A stretch of 64,000 nucleotides of DNA from Oligoflexia bacterium (GTDB taxonomy: Bacteria > Bdellovibrionota > Bdellovibrionia > JABDDW01): contig JAYTHU010000031.1 of the NCBI GenBank assembly GCA_043732305.1, positions 1-64,000 on the forward strand. The letters run 5' to 3'. Under the pieces are notes generated by a model, which was given only the letters and a program-made list of their open reading frames with translations, had not been told where the DNA came from and made no database searches. This document shows positions 39,792 through 51,540 of the stretch, piece after piece; the first letter of the stretch is position 1; every line of letters begins with the position of its first letter. The position numbers were made by a program, and so were the translations under genes.

Positions 39792-41927
39792 TTATATCTT
39801 ATAGAACTTCTGGCCACCACGAGCCATCTGCAAGAGTGCTTCAGACGGTTTGAATCTCGGAGCCTTATTCTTAACAGACAATTCTTCGAGCTCATCCACA
39901 ATGGCGTTTACACCAAGGCTATCGGCCCATTTAAGTAGTCCACCTCTGAAGGGCGGAAAACCTGTGCCCATTATCATGCCCAAGTCGACATCGTCAGGGC
40001 GTTCGACGATTTTTTCCTGCATACACATGGCGGCTTCATTGATCATGGGAAACAAAACACGTTTCACCATTTCATCTGGATTGAACTTTCCGGGCGTTTT
40101 GGTAACTCCGGTGATTTCATAAATTTTAGGATCCACGTGCAACATTTTTCCAGTCGCATCGTAAAGATAAAATCCTGAACCATTTTTCTTGCCGAATTTT
40201 TTTGCATCGACAACTTTGTGCATAACAGGTGAAGGCTCCGCGCGAACTCCGAAAGCTTTAAATAAAATTTTCGCCACTTTTTCCGCAACATCGATCCCCA
40301 CTTCGTCGATCAAATGCATTGGACCCATGGGCATTCCAAAATTCAATAAAGCTTTATCAATATTTTCAATGCTCTCGCCTTCACTGAATACGTAACAAGC
40401 TTCGTTCAAATAGGGCATGAGCAAACGATTGACTAAAAATCCGGGACATTCCTTAACCACTATGGGAGTTTTTCCCATGCGTTTGGAAAGTGCAAAAATA
40501 GTTGCAGCTGCTTTGTCGCTGGTTTTTTCTCCTCTGATCACTTCGATCAAAGGCATTTTTGCGACGGGATTGAAAAAATGCATACCCACAAAATTTTCTG
40601 GCTTCGGCAAAGCGGATGAAATTTCATTGATGCTCAAACTCGAAGTGTTACTGGCAATAATGACATCGTCTTTGCATTGACCTGCGACTTCGGCTAAAAC
40701 TTTTTTCTTCACATTTATATCTTCAACGATCGCTTCAATCACTACGTCCAAAGTTTTGAACCCAGCAAAGTCTACTCCACCGGAAATGTGATCCATCTTT
40801 CTTTGATATTCAAACTTGTTGATTTTCTTTCGTTTGACATCTTTTGAAAATAAATCCGCCGCGGTTTTTATTCCTTTGGCGATAGCATCAAGATTCACAT
40901 CTTTCACTCGGACCATCATGTTTTTGTCCGCAGCGAGTTGTGCAATCCCGCCCCCCATTGTGCCCGCTCCAAGAACGCCGACGTGTTCAATGGGAGAAAG
41001 ATCAATTTTTTTATTTCCCGGGAGACCAGTTTGTTTTTTCACAGCCTCAGTCATGAAATAAAGAGAGATTAAATTTTTACTGACAACAGTTGCCGCCATT
41101 TCACCGAATCCATCGGACTCGATTTTCATTCCTTTGACGAAATTTCCGCCGTAGGTTTTTTTAATGACTTCAAGTGCTTTCAAAGGCGACGGATAATGTC
41201 CACCCGTTTTAGCCATGAGAGCTTGTTTAGCTTTTGAGAAAATCACAGCTTTCGCAGGACCTTCTAAAATAACATTTACCAAACCCTTGGGTTTGAAAAA
41301 CTTTCGGCGCTTGCCTTTTACAACAGCGTCTTTGGTGAATTTCACCACCTGCTCATGCAGAAGTTCTTTAGGCACGCACAGATCTATAAGGCCGATTTTA
41401 TATGCTTTGCTTCCATTCACAGATTTACCGGCAAGAATGATATCTAAACTTTGCTGAAGTCCAATCAAACGGGGCAACCTCTGAGTTCCACCGAACCCTG
41501 GAAAAACTCCCAAATTAACTTCTGGTAAACCAATTTTGGTTGATGGGTCATCGGTCGCGATCCTATAATCACAAGCTAATATCAGTTCGCATCCGCCCCC
41601 CATGCACGCTCCGTGAACGGCCGCAATGGTAGGCATGGGAAGAGCTTCAAGCAAAGTAAAAATACTTTGGCCAAAGGCTGCCGCTTCGGCGCCTTCCTCT
41701 TTTGTTTTAAGTGCTTTAATTTCTTCTATGTCAGCACCGGCAATAAAAATATTTGGCTTTTTAGAAATGAAAACAACAGCTCTATATTTTGATTGCGCAA
41801 GTTCTTCGATCACCTGCAACAGGCGTAAAAGAACACCACCGGTAAGTTTATTTATTTTTTCACCGGGAAGATCAAATTCAACCCATGCGGTATCACCATC
41901 AGCCTTGATAGTGATCGCCTCATTCAT
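39792..41927 (-). CDS. fadJ: Fatty-acid oxidation complex alpha subunit
   Basis: FIAGADI, GLPEVNLG, GAGTMGGGIA, GMHFFNP, GTGFPPFRGG; start taken at MNEAIT. Confidence 0.9.
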   Translation of the reverse strand: MNEAITIKADGDTAWVEFDLPGEKINKLTGGVLLRLLQVIEELAQSKYRAVVFISKKPNIFIAGADIEEIKALKTKEEGAEAAAFGQSIFTLLEALPMPTIAAVHGACMGGGCELILACDYRIATDDPSTKIGLPEVNLGVFPGFGGTQRLPRLIGLQQSLDIILAGKSVNGSKAYKIGLIDLCVPKELLHEQVVKFTKDAVVKGKRRKFFKPKGLVNVILEGPAKAVIFSKAKQALMAKTGGHYPSPLKALEVIKKTYGGNFVKGMKIESDGFGEMAATVVSKNLISLYFMTEAVKKQTGLPGNKKIDLSPIEHVGVLGAGTMGGGIAQLAADKNMMVRVKDVNLDAIAKGIKTAADLFSKDVKRKKINKFEYQRKMDHISGGVDFAGFKTLDVVIEAIVEDINVKKKVLAEVAGQCKDDVIIASNTSSLSINEISSALPKPENFVGMHFFNPVAKMPLIEVIRGEKTSDKAAATIFALSKRMGKTPIVVKECPGFLVNRLLMPYLNEACYVFSEGESIENIDKALLNFGMPMGPMHLIDEVGIDVAEKVAKILFKAFGVRAEPSPVMHKVVDAKKFGKKNGSGFYLYDATGKMLHVDPKIYEITGVTKTPGKFNPDEMVKRVLFPMINEAAMCMQEKIVERPDDVDLGMIMGTGFPPFRGGLLKWADSLGVNAIVDELEELSVKNKAPRFKPSEALLQMARGGQKFYKI

Positions 41928-41952
41928 AGGCTTGATCGTGGTTTTAAATTTA

Positions 41953-43296
41953 TTAATTTTCTCGTTCGACAATGACAGCTCCACCTTGTCCTCCTCCGAT
42001 GCATAATGTTGCGAGTCCAAATTGGACTGATCTTCTCTGCATTTCTTTTAATAGTGTCAAAATCAATCGAGAGCCGGTCGCTCCGACTGGATGACCAAGC
42101 GCAATCGCTCCGCCATTCACGTTCAAAATAGAATCGTCGAATTCTCCGAGCGCTTCATTCACACCCATGCGTTGCTCATAAAATTTAGCCGACGCCATAG
42201 CTCTGCGACACGCAATGACTTGCGCAGCGAAAGCTTCGTTGAGTTCAATGAGACCAATATCTTTCAATTTTAATCCAGCACGTTTCAATGCGAGTGGAGT
42301 CGCGAGTGCGGGACCAAGTCCCATGCGCTCGGGTTCCAAACCAGCAAAACCGTAAGAACGCATAACGCCCAGTGGTTTGTAGCCCATGCTCTCAGCTTTT
42401 GCTCGAGACATCATGAGCATCATGACGGCTCCGTCAGTGATGGGACAAGAGTTTCCAACAGTGATTGTTCCAAACTTTTTATCAAAAAAAGGTTTTAGTT
42501 TTGCGAGTTTTTCCATGCTGATATCTTTGCGTGGACCGACATCTTCTTTAAGATATTTGTCAAACTTAGGAGGCAAGAAAACAGCAGTCATCTCTTCTTG
42601 AAGTCTAGCTGCTGCAGCGAGCGCTTTTTTATGCGAATTAAAAGCGTACTCATCTTGCTCTGTGCGAGAGATCTCAAATTCTTTGGCTAAAATTTCTGCG
42701 GTCTGGCCCATGTTGATTCCACAAACAGGATCAGTCAGGCCTTGCACAAGAGCAATATTTGGTTTGTTGGGAGTTTCTGCCATTGGACCGGTAGTCATGA
42801 TGTCTTTGATCTGTGCAAAATCAGATTTGATCAAATTCATTAATGCGCCGATTCTCTGACCGCCACTCTTGGCAGAACCCAAAGCTTCAAGCGCTCTGAC
42901 TTGAGTCTGACTCATCATGATGGGCATTTGTGACATGCTCTCAGTGCCGCCTGCAATAACGGTATCAACCATCCCGCTTCGAATTTTATCAAACGCTTGA
43001 GAGACTGACTCCATGGCGGAGGCACAATTGCGATGCACACTGTAAGCAGAAACTTCTTTGGGAATTCCTGCATTGAGCGCAATCACGCGAGAAATATTCA
43101 CGGCATCTGCTGGGCTGCCAGTATTTCCGATGATCACTTCTTGAATCGTTTTCACATCAAGATTAGTTTTATTTATTAATTCTTTTAAAGCCTGACGACC
43201 AAGCTCCACAGGATGCACATTCTTAAAGTTTGCTCCCGCTTTGACAAATGGCGTTCGTACGCCTTCAACAATGACAACATCATTCGGTGATTTCAT
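41953..43296 (-). CDS. fadI: 3-ketoacyl-CoA thiolase
   Basis: RNCASAM, NEAFAAQ, GHPVGATG, LCIGGGQG. Confidence 0.9.
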   Translation of the reverse strand: MKSPNDVVIVEGVRTPFVKAGANFKNVHPVELGRQALKELINKTNLDVKTIQEVIIGNTGSPADAVNISRVIALNAGIPKEVSAYSVHRNCASAMESVSQAFDKIRSGMVDTVIAGGTESMSQMPIMMSQTQVRALEALGSAKSGGQRIGALMNLIKSDFAQIKDIMTTGPMAETPNKPNIALVQGLTDPVCGINMGQTAEILAKEFEISRTEQDEYAFNSHKKALAAAARLQEEMTAVFLPPKFDKYLKEDVGPRKDISMEKLAKLKPFFDKKFGTITVGNSCPITDGAVMMLMMSRAKAESMGYKPLGVMRSYGFAGLEPERMGLGPALATPLALKRAGLKLKDIGLIELNEAFAAQVIACRRAMASAKFYEQRMGVNEALGEFDDSILNVNGGAIALGHPVGATGSRLILTLLKEMQRRSVQFGLATLCIGGGQGGAVIVEREN

Positions 43297-43335
43297 CTGG
43301 GTCCTCTCAGGTAAAGGTGCAACTCAAAAGTAGCA

Positions 43336-43393
43336 TTGACACCCCGACCCCCACAAGTCTAATCTCTGCCTAATCTCTGGCCTAATCTTTGGT
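43336..43393 (+). promoter_or_regulatory. Sigma70-like promoter of maeB with a triplicated 11-12-bp unit
   Basis: TTGACA-N18-TAATCT; CTAATCTCTGC / CTAATCTCTGGC / CTAATCTTTGGT in tandem. Confidence 0.5.
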
Positions 43394-43413
43394 CACTATA
43401 AACAGGAGAATCC

Positions 43414-45693
43414 ATGCCCTTTGAAAAAGACGCGCTTGAGTATCATAGTTCTGGTCGCAAGGGAAAAATCGAAGTCGTTTCCACCAAGCCCTGCTTCACT
43501 TCGCGAGATCTTTCGCTCGCTTATACACCTGGCGTTGCTGAGCCGTGTAAAGCCATCGCTAAGGACGAAGAAAAAGTTTACGAATACACAACCAAAGGTA
43601 ATTTGGTCGCAGTCATTTCGAACGGAACAGCCGTTTTAGGTCTAGGCAATATTGGCCCCTATGCCGGGAAACCCGTCATGGAAGGTAAAGGTATTTTATT
43701 TAAACGATTCGCGGATATCGATGTTTTCGATATTGAGTTAGACACTCAAGACCCCGTTAAATTTGTCGAGGCAGTTAGACTTCTTCAACCCACCTTTGGT
43801 GGAATCAATCTTGAAGACATCAAAGCTCCTGAATGTTTTTACATCGAAGAAGAACTCAAGAAAATCATGAAGATCCCCGTTTTTCATGATGATCAACATG
43901 GAACAGCCATTATCAGTGGCGCCGCATTCATCAATGCGCTAGAAATCACCGGAAAAAAAGCTGACGAAGTCAAAGTTGTTTTCAATGGTGGCGGTGCCGC
44001 AGCTATTGCGTGCGCTAAACTTTTTGTAAGTCTTGGCGTTCAGTACAAAAATCTTTTGATGTGTGACACCAAAGGAGTGATTTACAAGGGCCGCACTGAA
44101 GGCATGAACAAATATAAAGAAATCTTTGCCGCGGAAACAGCCAGACGCACTCTGACTGACGCGCTCATTGGTGCAGACGTTTTTGTAGGTGTCAGTGTCA
44201 AAGGCGCTGTCACCAAAGACATGCTCATGGGCATGGCAAAAGGTCCTATTGTTTTTGCAATGGCCAATCCCGACCCCGAAATCTCGTACGAAGACGCTAT
44301 TGCTGCTAGACCCGATGTTTTGATGGCTACTGGCCGCAGTGATTATCCTAATCAAGTGAATAACGTTTTGGGTTTCCCGTTTATTTTCCGCGGGGCACTC
44401 GATGTCCGCGCGACTACCATAAATGAGGAAATGAAAATTGCAGCAGTGCACGCACTTGCTCAATTGGCGCGCGAAGATGTTCCCGATTCCGTTTCACGCG
44501 CCTACGGCGGGAAGAAATTTAAATTTGGTCCTGAATATATTATTCCGAAACCTTTTGATCCCCGTGTTTTACTCTGGGTTGCTCCCGCAGTCGCAGAAGC
44601 TGCCGGTAAATCCGGAGTCGCCAAAAACCCCATCAAAAATATGGCGGAATATAAAGAACAGCTCGAAAAGCTTTTAGGGACATCTCGCGGAATCATTCGA
44701 AACGTCATCAACAAAGTCAAACACACCTCTAGCAACTCTTCATTGCCTTCGATTGTTTTCCCCGAAGGCTACAACGATAAAGTTTTAAGAGCATGCAACG
44801 CTATTTTAGAAGAAGGAATGGCACGCCCCATTATATTGGGCAATGAAACCAACGTCCGCAATCGAATCAAAGAACTAGATTTAAAAATACTCAATAATGT
44901 TCCGATCATTCAGCCCATCAAATCGCCAAAGTTTGCAGTTTATGCTCGAAAATTTCATGACATGCGAAAACGCAAAGGTCTCACACTCGCTGAAAGCGAA
45001 CGTTTGATCTATGACCCAAATTATTTTGGCGCCATGATGGTTCACATGGGCGATGCCGATGGATTCATCAATGGAGTCACGCAAAGTTATCCTGAAGGTG
45101 TCAGACCCATTCTGCGTGTGCTTGGTGTGAACCCCGGCGAAGTCGCATCTGGCCTTTACATGATGGTCATGAAAAATCGCCTGCTCTTTTTTGCCGACAC
45201 CACAGTAAACATTGATCCGACAGCAGAAGAATTAGCCATCATTGCTATTCACAGTGCAGACACTGCTCGTTTTTTTGACGTCGAGCCTCGCATTGCCATG
45301 CTGAGCTTTTCTAACTTCGGCAGCATGAAAGCAGCAACGACTGTAAAAATGCAAAGGGCTGCAGAAATCGTCAGACAGAAACGTCCAGATCTTATTGTCG
45401 ATGGAGAAATGCAGGCCGATGCGGCCGTTGATCCAAGAATAATTAAAGAGCAATTTCCTTTCTGCGAAATCAAAGATGGCGCGAACGTTTTGATTTTCCC
45501 CGATTTAAATTCTGGGAACATTTCATACAAACTCATGCAGCGCTTAGGCGGAGCGGAAGCTATCGGTCCCATTTTGATGGGCGTGACCAAACCTGCCAAC
45601 ACCATGCAACGTGCAGTAGATGTGAATGACATAGTAAATATGGCAGCCATCACGGCCATTCAATGTCAAAGTTTGAGAAATCCAAACGCATGA
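43414..45693 (+). CDS. maeB: NADP-dependent malic enzyme with phosphotransacetylase-like domain
   Basis: [43 protein letters not shown]. Confidence 0.96.
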   Translation: MPFEKDALEYHSSGRKGKIEVVSTKPCFTSRDLSLAYTPGVAEPCKAIAKDEEKVYEYTTKGNLVAVISNGTAVLGLGNIGPYAGKPVMEGKGILFKRFADIDVFDIELDTQDPVKFVEAVRLLQPTFGGINLEDIKAPECFYIEEELKKIMKIPVFHDDQHGTAIISGAAFINALEITGKKADEVKVVFNGGGAAAIACAKLFVSLGVQYKNLLMCDTKGVIYKGRTEGMNKYKEIFAAETARRTLTDALIGADVFVGVSVKGAVTKDMLMGMAKGPIVFAMANPDPEISYEDAIAARPDVLMATGRSDYPNQVNNVLGFPFIFRGALDVRATTINEEMKIAAVHALAQLAREDVPDSVSRAYGGKKFKFGPEYIIPKPFDPRVLLWVAPAVAEAAGKSGVAKNPIKNMAEYKEQLEKLLGTSRGIIRNVINKVKHTSSNSSLPSIVFPEGYNDKVLRACNAILEEGMARPIILGNETNVRNRIKELDLKILNNVPIIQPIKSPKFAVYARKFHDMRKRKGLTLAESERLIYDPNYFGAMMVHMGDADGFINGVTQSYPEGVRPILRVLGVNPGEVASGLYMMVMKNRLLFFADTTVNIDPTAEELAIIAIHSADTARFFDVEPRIAMLSFSNFGSMKAATTVKMQRAAEIVRQKRPDLIVDGEMQADAAVDPRIIKEQFPFCEIKDGANVLIFPDLNSGNISYKLMQRLGGAEAIGPILMGVTKPANTMQRAVDVNDIVNMAAITAIQCQSLRNPNA

Positions 45694-46949
45694 TTGATTT
45701 AGGTACTCAGCAAGAAAAAGTAATTCTGTGCGGAGTCGGATTAAGATCCGATCCTACGGGGCAAATCCAAGACAACTTGAATGAACTGGCTCTTCTTTGC
45801 GAAACCGCGGGCGGACTTGTTGTCGGAATCACGTCTCAAAAACTAGAAAGAATTGTCTCATCCACATTTATTGGCAAAGGCAAGGTAGAAGAACTCGCTA
45901 AACTCCGTGAGGAAACTGGCGCTAACTTAGTGATTATAGATGCTAAACTTTCTGGCGCTCAGCAAAGAAATCTGCATGAAATTATCAAGTGCCGAGTCAT
46001 TGATCGATCACAGCTTATCATAGATATTTTTGCTCAACGTGCACGCACTCGAGAGGGTCAGCTTCAAGTTGAACTGGCACAATTGAAAGATCAATTGCCT
46101 CGTTTGATCGGGGAAGCCATCGCAGGTTTATCCAAACTCGCCGGCGGAATTGGAACCAGAGGTCCTGGTGAAACTAAACTTGAAATGGATAGGCGAAAGG
46201 TCAAAGAAAAAATCGAACACGTGACCAAAGAATTGGAACATGTTCGAAAATCTCGAGCACTGCATCGGTCACGAAGAAAATCTTCGCACATTTCTACTTT
46301 GGCTCTGGTTGGTTACACCAACTCCGGAAAATCAACGCTTTTGAATGTGATGACAAATGCTAACGTGGTCGCCGAAAATAAATTATTTGTAACCCTCGAT
46401 CCCACCACTCGAAAATTATTTTTACCAAGTGGACGCCAAGCCGTCATAACGGACACCGTCGGTTTTATCAATAAACTTCCCACGCATTTGATTGAAGCTT
46501 TCAAAGCGACATTTGAAGAAATCAAAGAAGCTGACATGGTTTTGCATGTTCACGATTCTTGTCACCCACTTTATGCTCAGCATGCTCAAACGGTGATTGG
46601 TTTGCTTGCCGAATTAGAAGTGGATCCGAAAAAAATCTTCAACGTTTACAATAAAATGGATTTGATTGGGACTGCACTCGACAAGCAGATTGCACGTATT
46701 TCTCCATTCGTGAATGTGTCAGCCTTGACTGGTACCGGGCTCAAAGAACTTGTCACTGCTATTGAAGAGTCATTCGAGTCTCAAGTTTTCCCTGTGGATC
46801 TTTACCTGCCAACCAGTGACCCCCGACTTATTTTCAAACTTGCTCGTGATGGTAAGATTCTCTCACAGGAATCCGGACCCAACATCACTCACTGCAAGGT
46901 GGAACTGAGCGAAGAAGCTCTGCAACGATGGTCAGAGTACCTGGGTTAA
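45690..46949 (+). CDS. hflX: Ribosome-splitting GTPase HflX
   Basis: [42 protein letters not shown] overlap with maeB. Confidence 0.95.
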   Translation: MIDLGTQQEKVILCGVGLRSDPTGQIQDNLNELALLCETAGGLVVGITSQKLERIVSSTFIGKGKVEELAKLREETGANLVIIDAKLSGAQQRNLHEIIKCRVIDRSQLIIDIFAQRARTREGQLQVELAQLKDQLPRLIGEAIAGLSKLAGGIGTRGPGETKLEMDRRKVKEKIEHVTKELEHVRKSRALHRSRRKSSHISTLALVGYTNSGKSTLLNVMTNANVVAENKLFVTLDPTTRKLFLPSGRQAVITDTVGFINKLPTHLIEAFKATFEEIKEADMVLHVHDSCHPLYAQHAQTVIGLLAELEVDPKKIFNVYNKMDLIGTALDKQIARISPFVNVSALTGTGLKELVTAIEESFESQVFPVDLYLPTSDPRLIFKLARDGKILSQESGPNITHCKVELSEEALQRWSEYLG

Positions 46950-47078
46950 AGAAAGTTACTGTGCTTTTGGAGGAGCCCAAGGGCTCGAGAAATCGTAATT
47001 TAGTTTTTCTCGACCAGTGATTTCAATTTTTGCTTTGCTGAAACTTTCCATTCCAGACTTTTTGCCCTTCATAGACGA

Positions 47079-47279
47079 TCAAAATCCACTGACCATTTCA
47101 ATTGGTAGATGATGAATACCTTGGGCTTCTAGTCTTCTAAAAAGAACAACTGCGCCAATTTTAGCAAAAAGAATTCCACCAACAGAAACGCCAGCAGGAT
47201 CTTTCACACGAATTGTAAACCCTTCGCCAACCCGAAACTGGCGCATTTTCTCTTCAAGATATTTCGTGTCTCTGTTCAT
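47079..47279 (-). CDS. Small hypothetical protein
   Basis: 66-aa ORF co-oriented with the upstream operon; no recognisable motif. Confidence 0.35.
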   Translation of the reverse strand: MNRDTKYLEEKMRQFRVGEGFTIRVKDPAGVSVGGILFAKIGAVVLFRRLEAQGIHHLPIEMVSGF

Positions 47280-47368
47280 TGAAGAATTTTAAGCGAAGGA
47301 TCTTTAAAAGAATTCGGAGTATCCGAAATAAATCCTCGAGAGCCTTTGGCACTCCGAATTACGGTATT

Positions 47369-48610
47369 TTAGGAGCGAAAGCTATCGAGAGGATCTGTGT
47401 TTGCGACCTTGATAGCAGGGCCGATGGCGCTGAGAAAAGTCAGAATAGCCCCAAGCAAGACAATTCCAGCTATGACTAAAAATTCAATTTTTACCGGAAA
47501 GTGAGTGTCTAAAAAAACATCGGGCAGATGAATAATAGGGAAAGTTTTTATGACCCAACAAATCAAAAGTCCGAGGAGAGTTCCACTTCCAATCCCCAAA
47601 GCTCCAAGAATCAAACCAATGTAAATAAAAATAGCCATGATCTGTTTCTTCTTGGCGCCTAGAGCTTTTAAAATTCCTACGTCCTTTTCTTTTTCTGTCA
47701 CCAGTAGAAACAAAACGGACATGATAGAAAAACTGCTAATTAAAATAGTTAGACCCAGAAACATGCTCATGAGCCGTTTTTCCATTTTGAGCGAATAAAA
47801 AAGAGCTGAATTGAGATCCTGCCAAGTCTTCACACCGGTCACTCCCTCAGCAATTAATCGCTCTTTGACCTGCAGAGCGTAGTCGGGACTAGGAAGCATA
47901 ATTTCAAAACCGCTTTCAAGAGAAGCTGTGTCACGAAATTTCCGCAGACCATTGACTTGGGAATCCTGGCGAAAATAAATGTATTTCGAATCATAATCAG
48001 AGAAATCTGCTCGCAAAAGTGCACGCACTTTTACTTTTTGGTAAGTCGGAGTTTCTCCAGGAACAAGTAAACTCTCGGGTGAAATAACGGTCACTTCATC
48101 CCCTTCAAAAACTCCAAGACTTCGAGCTAGATCAACACCAATGGCAATTTCATCTTTTCCTAAAAGTAACTTTTCATCAGAAGACTTTGTCTTGCCGGTG
48201 GAATAAGTGCCGTTTGCATCTTCAATAATTTCAACCGAATGACCAACTCTTTTACCCATCTGATTGATACGTGAAAGTTCGGCGCCGTAAGCTTCGGCAC
48301 CAGTAAAAAGACCATCCACTGTTCGCACGATCACGTCTTGACGACTAAAAGATGTCATGGACTGCGTAGAGATATCTTTTTTGAGTGTTATTTCCTGCGC
48401 AGGTGTCAGACCGGTAATAGTGAGGTGTGGCTGAGAGTGCAAAAGTCTTTTCTCAATCGCTTCGTCGAAGCCGCTCATCACCGATAAAACCACAATCATT
48501 GTCAAAACACCAAGTGAAATGCCCGAGATTGAAATCCACGCAAGGACACGGACGACGGATGAATGCGACGACGTCAGCAGGTAACGTTTTAAGAAAAGCT
48601 TCTCTAACAT
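47369..48610 (-). CDS. LolC/E-type (FtsX-like) ABC permease
   Basis: VVLSVMSGF, WQDLNSALF..LKMEK, EKEKDVGILKALGA. Confidence 0.88.
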   Translation of the reverse strand: MLEKLFLKRYLLTSSHSSVVRVLAWISISGISLGVLTMIVVLSVMSGFDEAIEKRLLHSQPHLTITGLTPAQEITLKKDISTQSMTSFSRQDVIVRTVDGLFTGAEAYGAELSRINQMGKRVGHSVEIIEDANGTYSTGKTKSSDEKLLLGKDEIAIGVDLARSLGVFEGDEVTVISPESLLVPGETPTYQKVKVRALLRADFSDYDSKYIYFRQDSQVNGLRKFRDTASLESGFEIMLPSPDYALQVKERLIAEGVTGVKTWQDLNSALFYSLKMEKRLMSMFLGLTILISSFSIMSVLFLLVTEKEKDVGILKALGAKKKQIMAIFIYIGLILGALGIGSGTLLGLLICWVIKTFPIIHLPDVFLDTHFPVKIEFLVIAGIVLLGAILTFLSAIGPAIKVANTDPLDSFRS

Positions 48611-48614
48611 TTTC

Positions 48615-49067
48615 CTATTTGATTATACTTTTTCGAATTTTTCCAAGGAAATCAAACAAACGATGAATAGGTTGACCAAGCGCCGCTTTTAATTGCAATG
48701 AAGACTTGGCGCTTTTCTTAAAATTAGAGATCATTTGCTTTCGCAAAATCTCCTCTAAGCTCTCTTTCTCCAAAATATTCAATGCCATTTTCACGGCCTC
48801 GAAATTTGGAGATGAATCAAATCGAACAGCTTGAGTGACATTGCCCTCTTTACCTGACTCGACAACTAAGCCTGTCTTGATCCCCTCGACACAATTCCAC
48901 TCTGTCAGTTGACCATGAAACATGAGCTGTTGTTTGATGACCTGTTTTGCGCCGTTGATCCATGTGACAAGATCCGCATTGCCTTCACTGCGATACCAAA
49001 AGCTCACAACCTCTTGAGGTTTGCCCTTGGTTGGAACCTGAATGACGTTCATGGCCATCATTTTCAT
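48615..49067 (-). CDS. Hypothetical protein
   Basis: 150-aa ORF with ATGA overlap to the MlaD gene. Confidence 0.7.
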   Translation of the reverse strand: MKMMAMNVIQVPTKGKPQEVVSFWYRSEGNADLVTWINGAKQVIKQQLMFHGQLTEWNCVEGIKTGLVVESGKEGNVTQAVRFDSSPNFEAVKMALNILEKESLEEILRKQMISNFKKSAKSSLQLKAALGQPIHRLFDFLGKIRKSIIK

Positions 49068-50017
49068 TGGCTTGCAGGAATTCTTTGTTGTTTCTTGAGA
49101 AGCTCAGCTGCGACGGCAGCGGCTTCTTCTTCTTTTACTTCTTTAACCGAACTCTTCAGTAAAAAAGAGCGCTGCATGGCTTTTAGAACCACCACGGCTT
49201 CACGAATAGCTTGCACACTCTGTGCGCTCACCTCAGGAATTTGGGGCGCAACCTGCGCGATTACGGGGAGAATTTTATTTAGTTCTTCCGTCGTCTTTTT
49301 AAGTTCAGACATGACGGCCATGCTATCAGCGCCAAGCCTTGGAAGATTTTTGGAAAACTCTTTTACCTGAGGTAAAAGTTCTGCAGTTTCTTGCAAAGTT
49401 TTAGCAAGATTTTTTCGACGAGTCATCTGCTCCGCCATTTCGTTTAAATTCCGCATGGTAGGAAGTGCTTGATCGAATATTCCAATAAATTCTTCAGAAC
49501 GCTTAGGATCGGAAAAAGCCTGAGCCACAAATTGTAAGTTCTTAAGTAGCGAATCAAGAGTTTTAAGATACGGTCCCAAGTGGCCGCCACCAAGCAAATC
49601 CATAAGATCTATGGTCTCCTCGCTTGCAATCCACTCGCCAGATTTTGTAATATCGCCTGAGCTGCCGGCTGTTATCTCAAGTGATTTATCACCAATGATA
49701 AAAGGTCTGATCACTCGCGCAATAGAATCTTTTTTTATTTTCTTAGCAAAATCAGAACGTACACTGAGGGTGACTTCAATCTGATTGTCTTCGGTGATGT
49801 TTACTTTTTCTACAGATCCAGCTCTCAGACCTAGCATTTGCACGGCAGTGCCAGCATGCAACCCATCTCCCTGAACGAGCTTTGTTTTAAAGGTAGATCG
49901 ACTTGCAAACCAACCTTGTTTCATAGCAATGAAAATTGTAAACACAGCAAAACCCACGAAGCTTATCGCAACAAATAATCCGGCGGTTTTCTCTATTTTA
50001 CTAAACTGCTCGCGCAT
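49064..50017 (-). CDS. MlaD/MCE family protein
   Basis: TM anchor, GDGLHAGTAVQMLGLRAGSV, IIGDKSLEITAG, helical tail. Confidence 0.88.
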   Translation of the reverse strand: MREQFSKIEKTAGLFVAISFVGFAVFTIFIAMKQGWFASRSTFKTKLVQGDGLHAGTAVQMLGLRAGSVEKVNITEDNQIEVTLSVRSDFAKKIKKDSIARVIRPFIIGDKSLEITAGSSGDITKSGEWIASEETIDLMDLLGGGHLGPYLKTLDSLLKNLQFVAQAFSDPKRSEEFIGIFDQALPTMRNLNEMAEQMTRRKNLAKTLQETAELLPQVKEFSKNLPRLGADSMAVMSELKKTTEELNKILPVIAQVAPQIPEVSAQSVQAIREAVVVLKAMQRSFLLKSSVKEVKEEEAAAVAAELLKKQQRIPASQ

Positions 50018-50702
50018 CGAGCTTGCCTTCCTTCAACGTCCATTGTTTTGCACCAATGCTCTCAACAAATTTAGCATCTTGAGTGCTGAAGAGCAGAAGA
50101 CTGTCCTTCACACTTACTTCTCGGAATTTTTTAATCCATTTCTTAAGTGATTCTACCGCTTCTTCACCAATGCCTAGACTAGGCTCGTCCAGAAAAATAA
50201 TTTGCGGGTTCACAAGAAAACAACGCACGATCCCCGTCACCTTACGCACGCTTGGAGAAACTTCGTCTGGCTTTAAGTCCAGGAATTTCGCGAGTTTAAA
50301 ATCGGAAACCAAAGCGTCGTACAGGTCCTGACTTCGCTGAGATCTCCACTGATTGTGATAATTGAGTGAAAGTTTTAAGTTTTCGTCGATAGTTTTATTC
50401 ATCATCACACCGCCATTTTCAAAACAAAAAGCCGTGCTGAGTTTGAGAGGAATCAATTCTTCGAAAGGAAGAACATTCACATTTTTGTTATTGTATAGCA
50501 CTTGTCCACTGGTAGGCCGACTAAGCCCCGCGATAATTTTTAGCAGCAAGGATTTACCTGAAGAATCTCCACCGTATATCGCAATGCATTCGCCGAGCGG
50601 AATCTCAACGTTGATCGAGTCCAAAATTTCTTCCCGAGTTTCAAATTTGAGTGAAATATTTTCCAATATAATTTTTATGACGCGCTCTCGGGGTTTAATC
50701 AC
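50001..50702 (-). CDS. MlaF-like ABC ATPase with degenerate signature
   Basis: GGDSSGKS, IIFLDEP; signature reads VSPSVRK and H-loop reads STQD. Confidence 0.8.
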   Translation of the reverse strand: MIKPRERVIKIILENISLKFETREEILDSINVEIPLGECIAIYGGDSSGKSLLLKIIAGLSRPTSGQVLYNNKNVNVLPFEELIPLKLSTAFCFENGGVMMNKTIDENLKLSLNYHNQWRSQRSQDLYDALVSDFKLAKFLDLKPDEVSPSVRKVTGIVRCFLVNPQIIFLDEPSLGIGEEAVESLKKWIKKFREVSVKDSLLLFSTQDAKFVESIGAKQWTLKEGKLDARAV

Positions 50703-51520
50703 AATATCCCCAATTGCTTTAAGCTTTGAAGGTAAACGCCTAACGAGACTAGGCTATTGAATGAGACCGTGTAAAGGATGCTGTTCATAACCGCACTCGT
50801 TGTCATTCTTGGAACCTCGGTGAATGAACTCTTCACACTCATGCCCTGATAGCAAGAAACACTGAAAATAATCAGGCCGCTAAAAATATTTTTAAGAAGA
50901 AAGAGCAAGACATCAGTTCCAGAGATCGCATTGGCAATGCTCTCAGAGAAAAAATCGAAAGAAATGGGATGAATGATATTTACTAAAAAATAACCACCAA
51001 AGAGAGCCACCATGCTGAAGAAAAATCCCAAGCAAACCACACTGACCACGCCTGCCACAATTCGGGGAAAGACAATATAACTCAATGGATTTATTCCCAC
51101 GCTTTCAAGCAGGGTGATCTCGCTATTCACACGCATATTGCCAATCTCACTAGCCACGGCGGTTCCTGAACGCGCAATCACCACCAATGCCACAATGAGA
51201 GGGCCAAGTTCCCTCACAATTAAAACCACCAGTAGATTTCCGAGCATTTCTCCGCCACCCAGTTTAGACAACTGGGAAACACTCTGCAATATGGCGAATG
51301 ATCCAGTGATGAGAGCAAGCAATCCAATCAAAGGCATGGCTTGAAAACCTGTGAAATAAATCTGTGCCAAAATGACTTTTAGAATTTCAATAAAACTTTG
51401 CTCGCGCATTCTTGTGATGGAAGTCTTCGTGGTGAAATAAACCATCTTGCAGATTTCGAAGGAAAATAAGAAAAAATTGAGAATTTTGAGTCCAAGACGA
51501 TTGGCTAGTTTTATAATCAC
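50699..51520 (-). CDS. MlaE family ABC permease
   Basis: VRELGPL..ALVVIARSGTAVASEIGNMRVNSEI, PRI. Confidence 0.9.
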   Translation of the reverse strand: MIIKLANRLGLKILNFFLFSFEICKMVYFTTKTSITRMREQSFIEILKVILAQIYFTGFQAMPLIGLLALITGSFAILQSVSQLSKLGGGEMLGNLLVVLIVRELGPLIVALVVIARSGTAVASEIGNMRVNSEITLLESVGINPLSYIVFPRIVAGVVSVVCLGFFFSMVALFGGYFLVNIIHPISFDFFSESIANAISGTDVLLFLLKNIFSGLIIFSVSCYQGMSVKSSFTEVPRMTTSAVMNSILYTVSFNSLVSLGVYLQSLKQLGIL

Positions 51521-51540
51521 TGTCTTTACCTCCCATTTAA

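Noticed and set aside
46956..47072. 38-aa minus-strand ORF MKGKKSGMESF...
   Set aside because: No motif or clear RBS; cannot be supported
47311..47360. 10-bp inverted repeat AATTCGGAGT/ACTCCGAATT
   Set aside because: Short arms, 30-nt spacer, no U-tract and no second copy; could be chance
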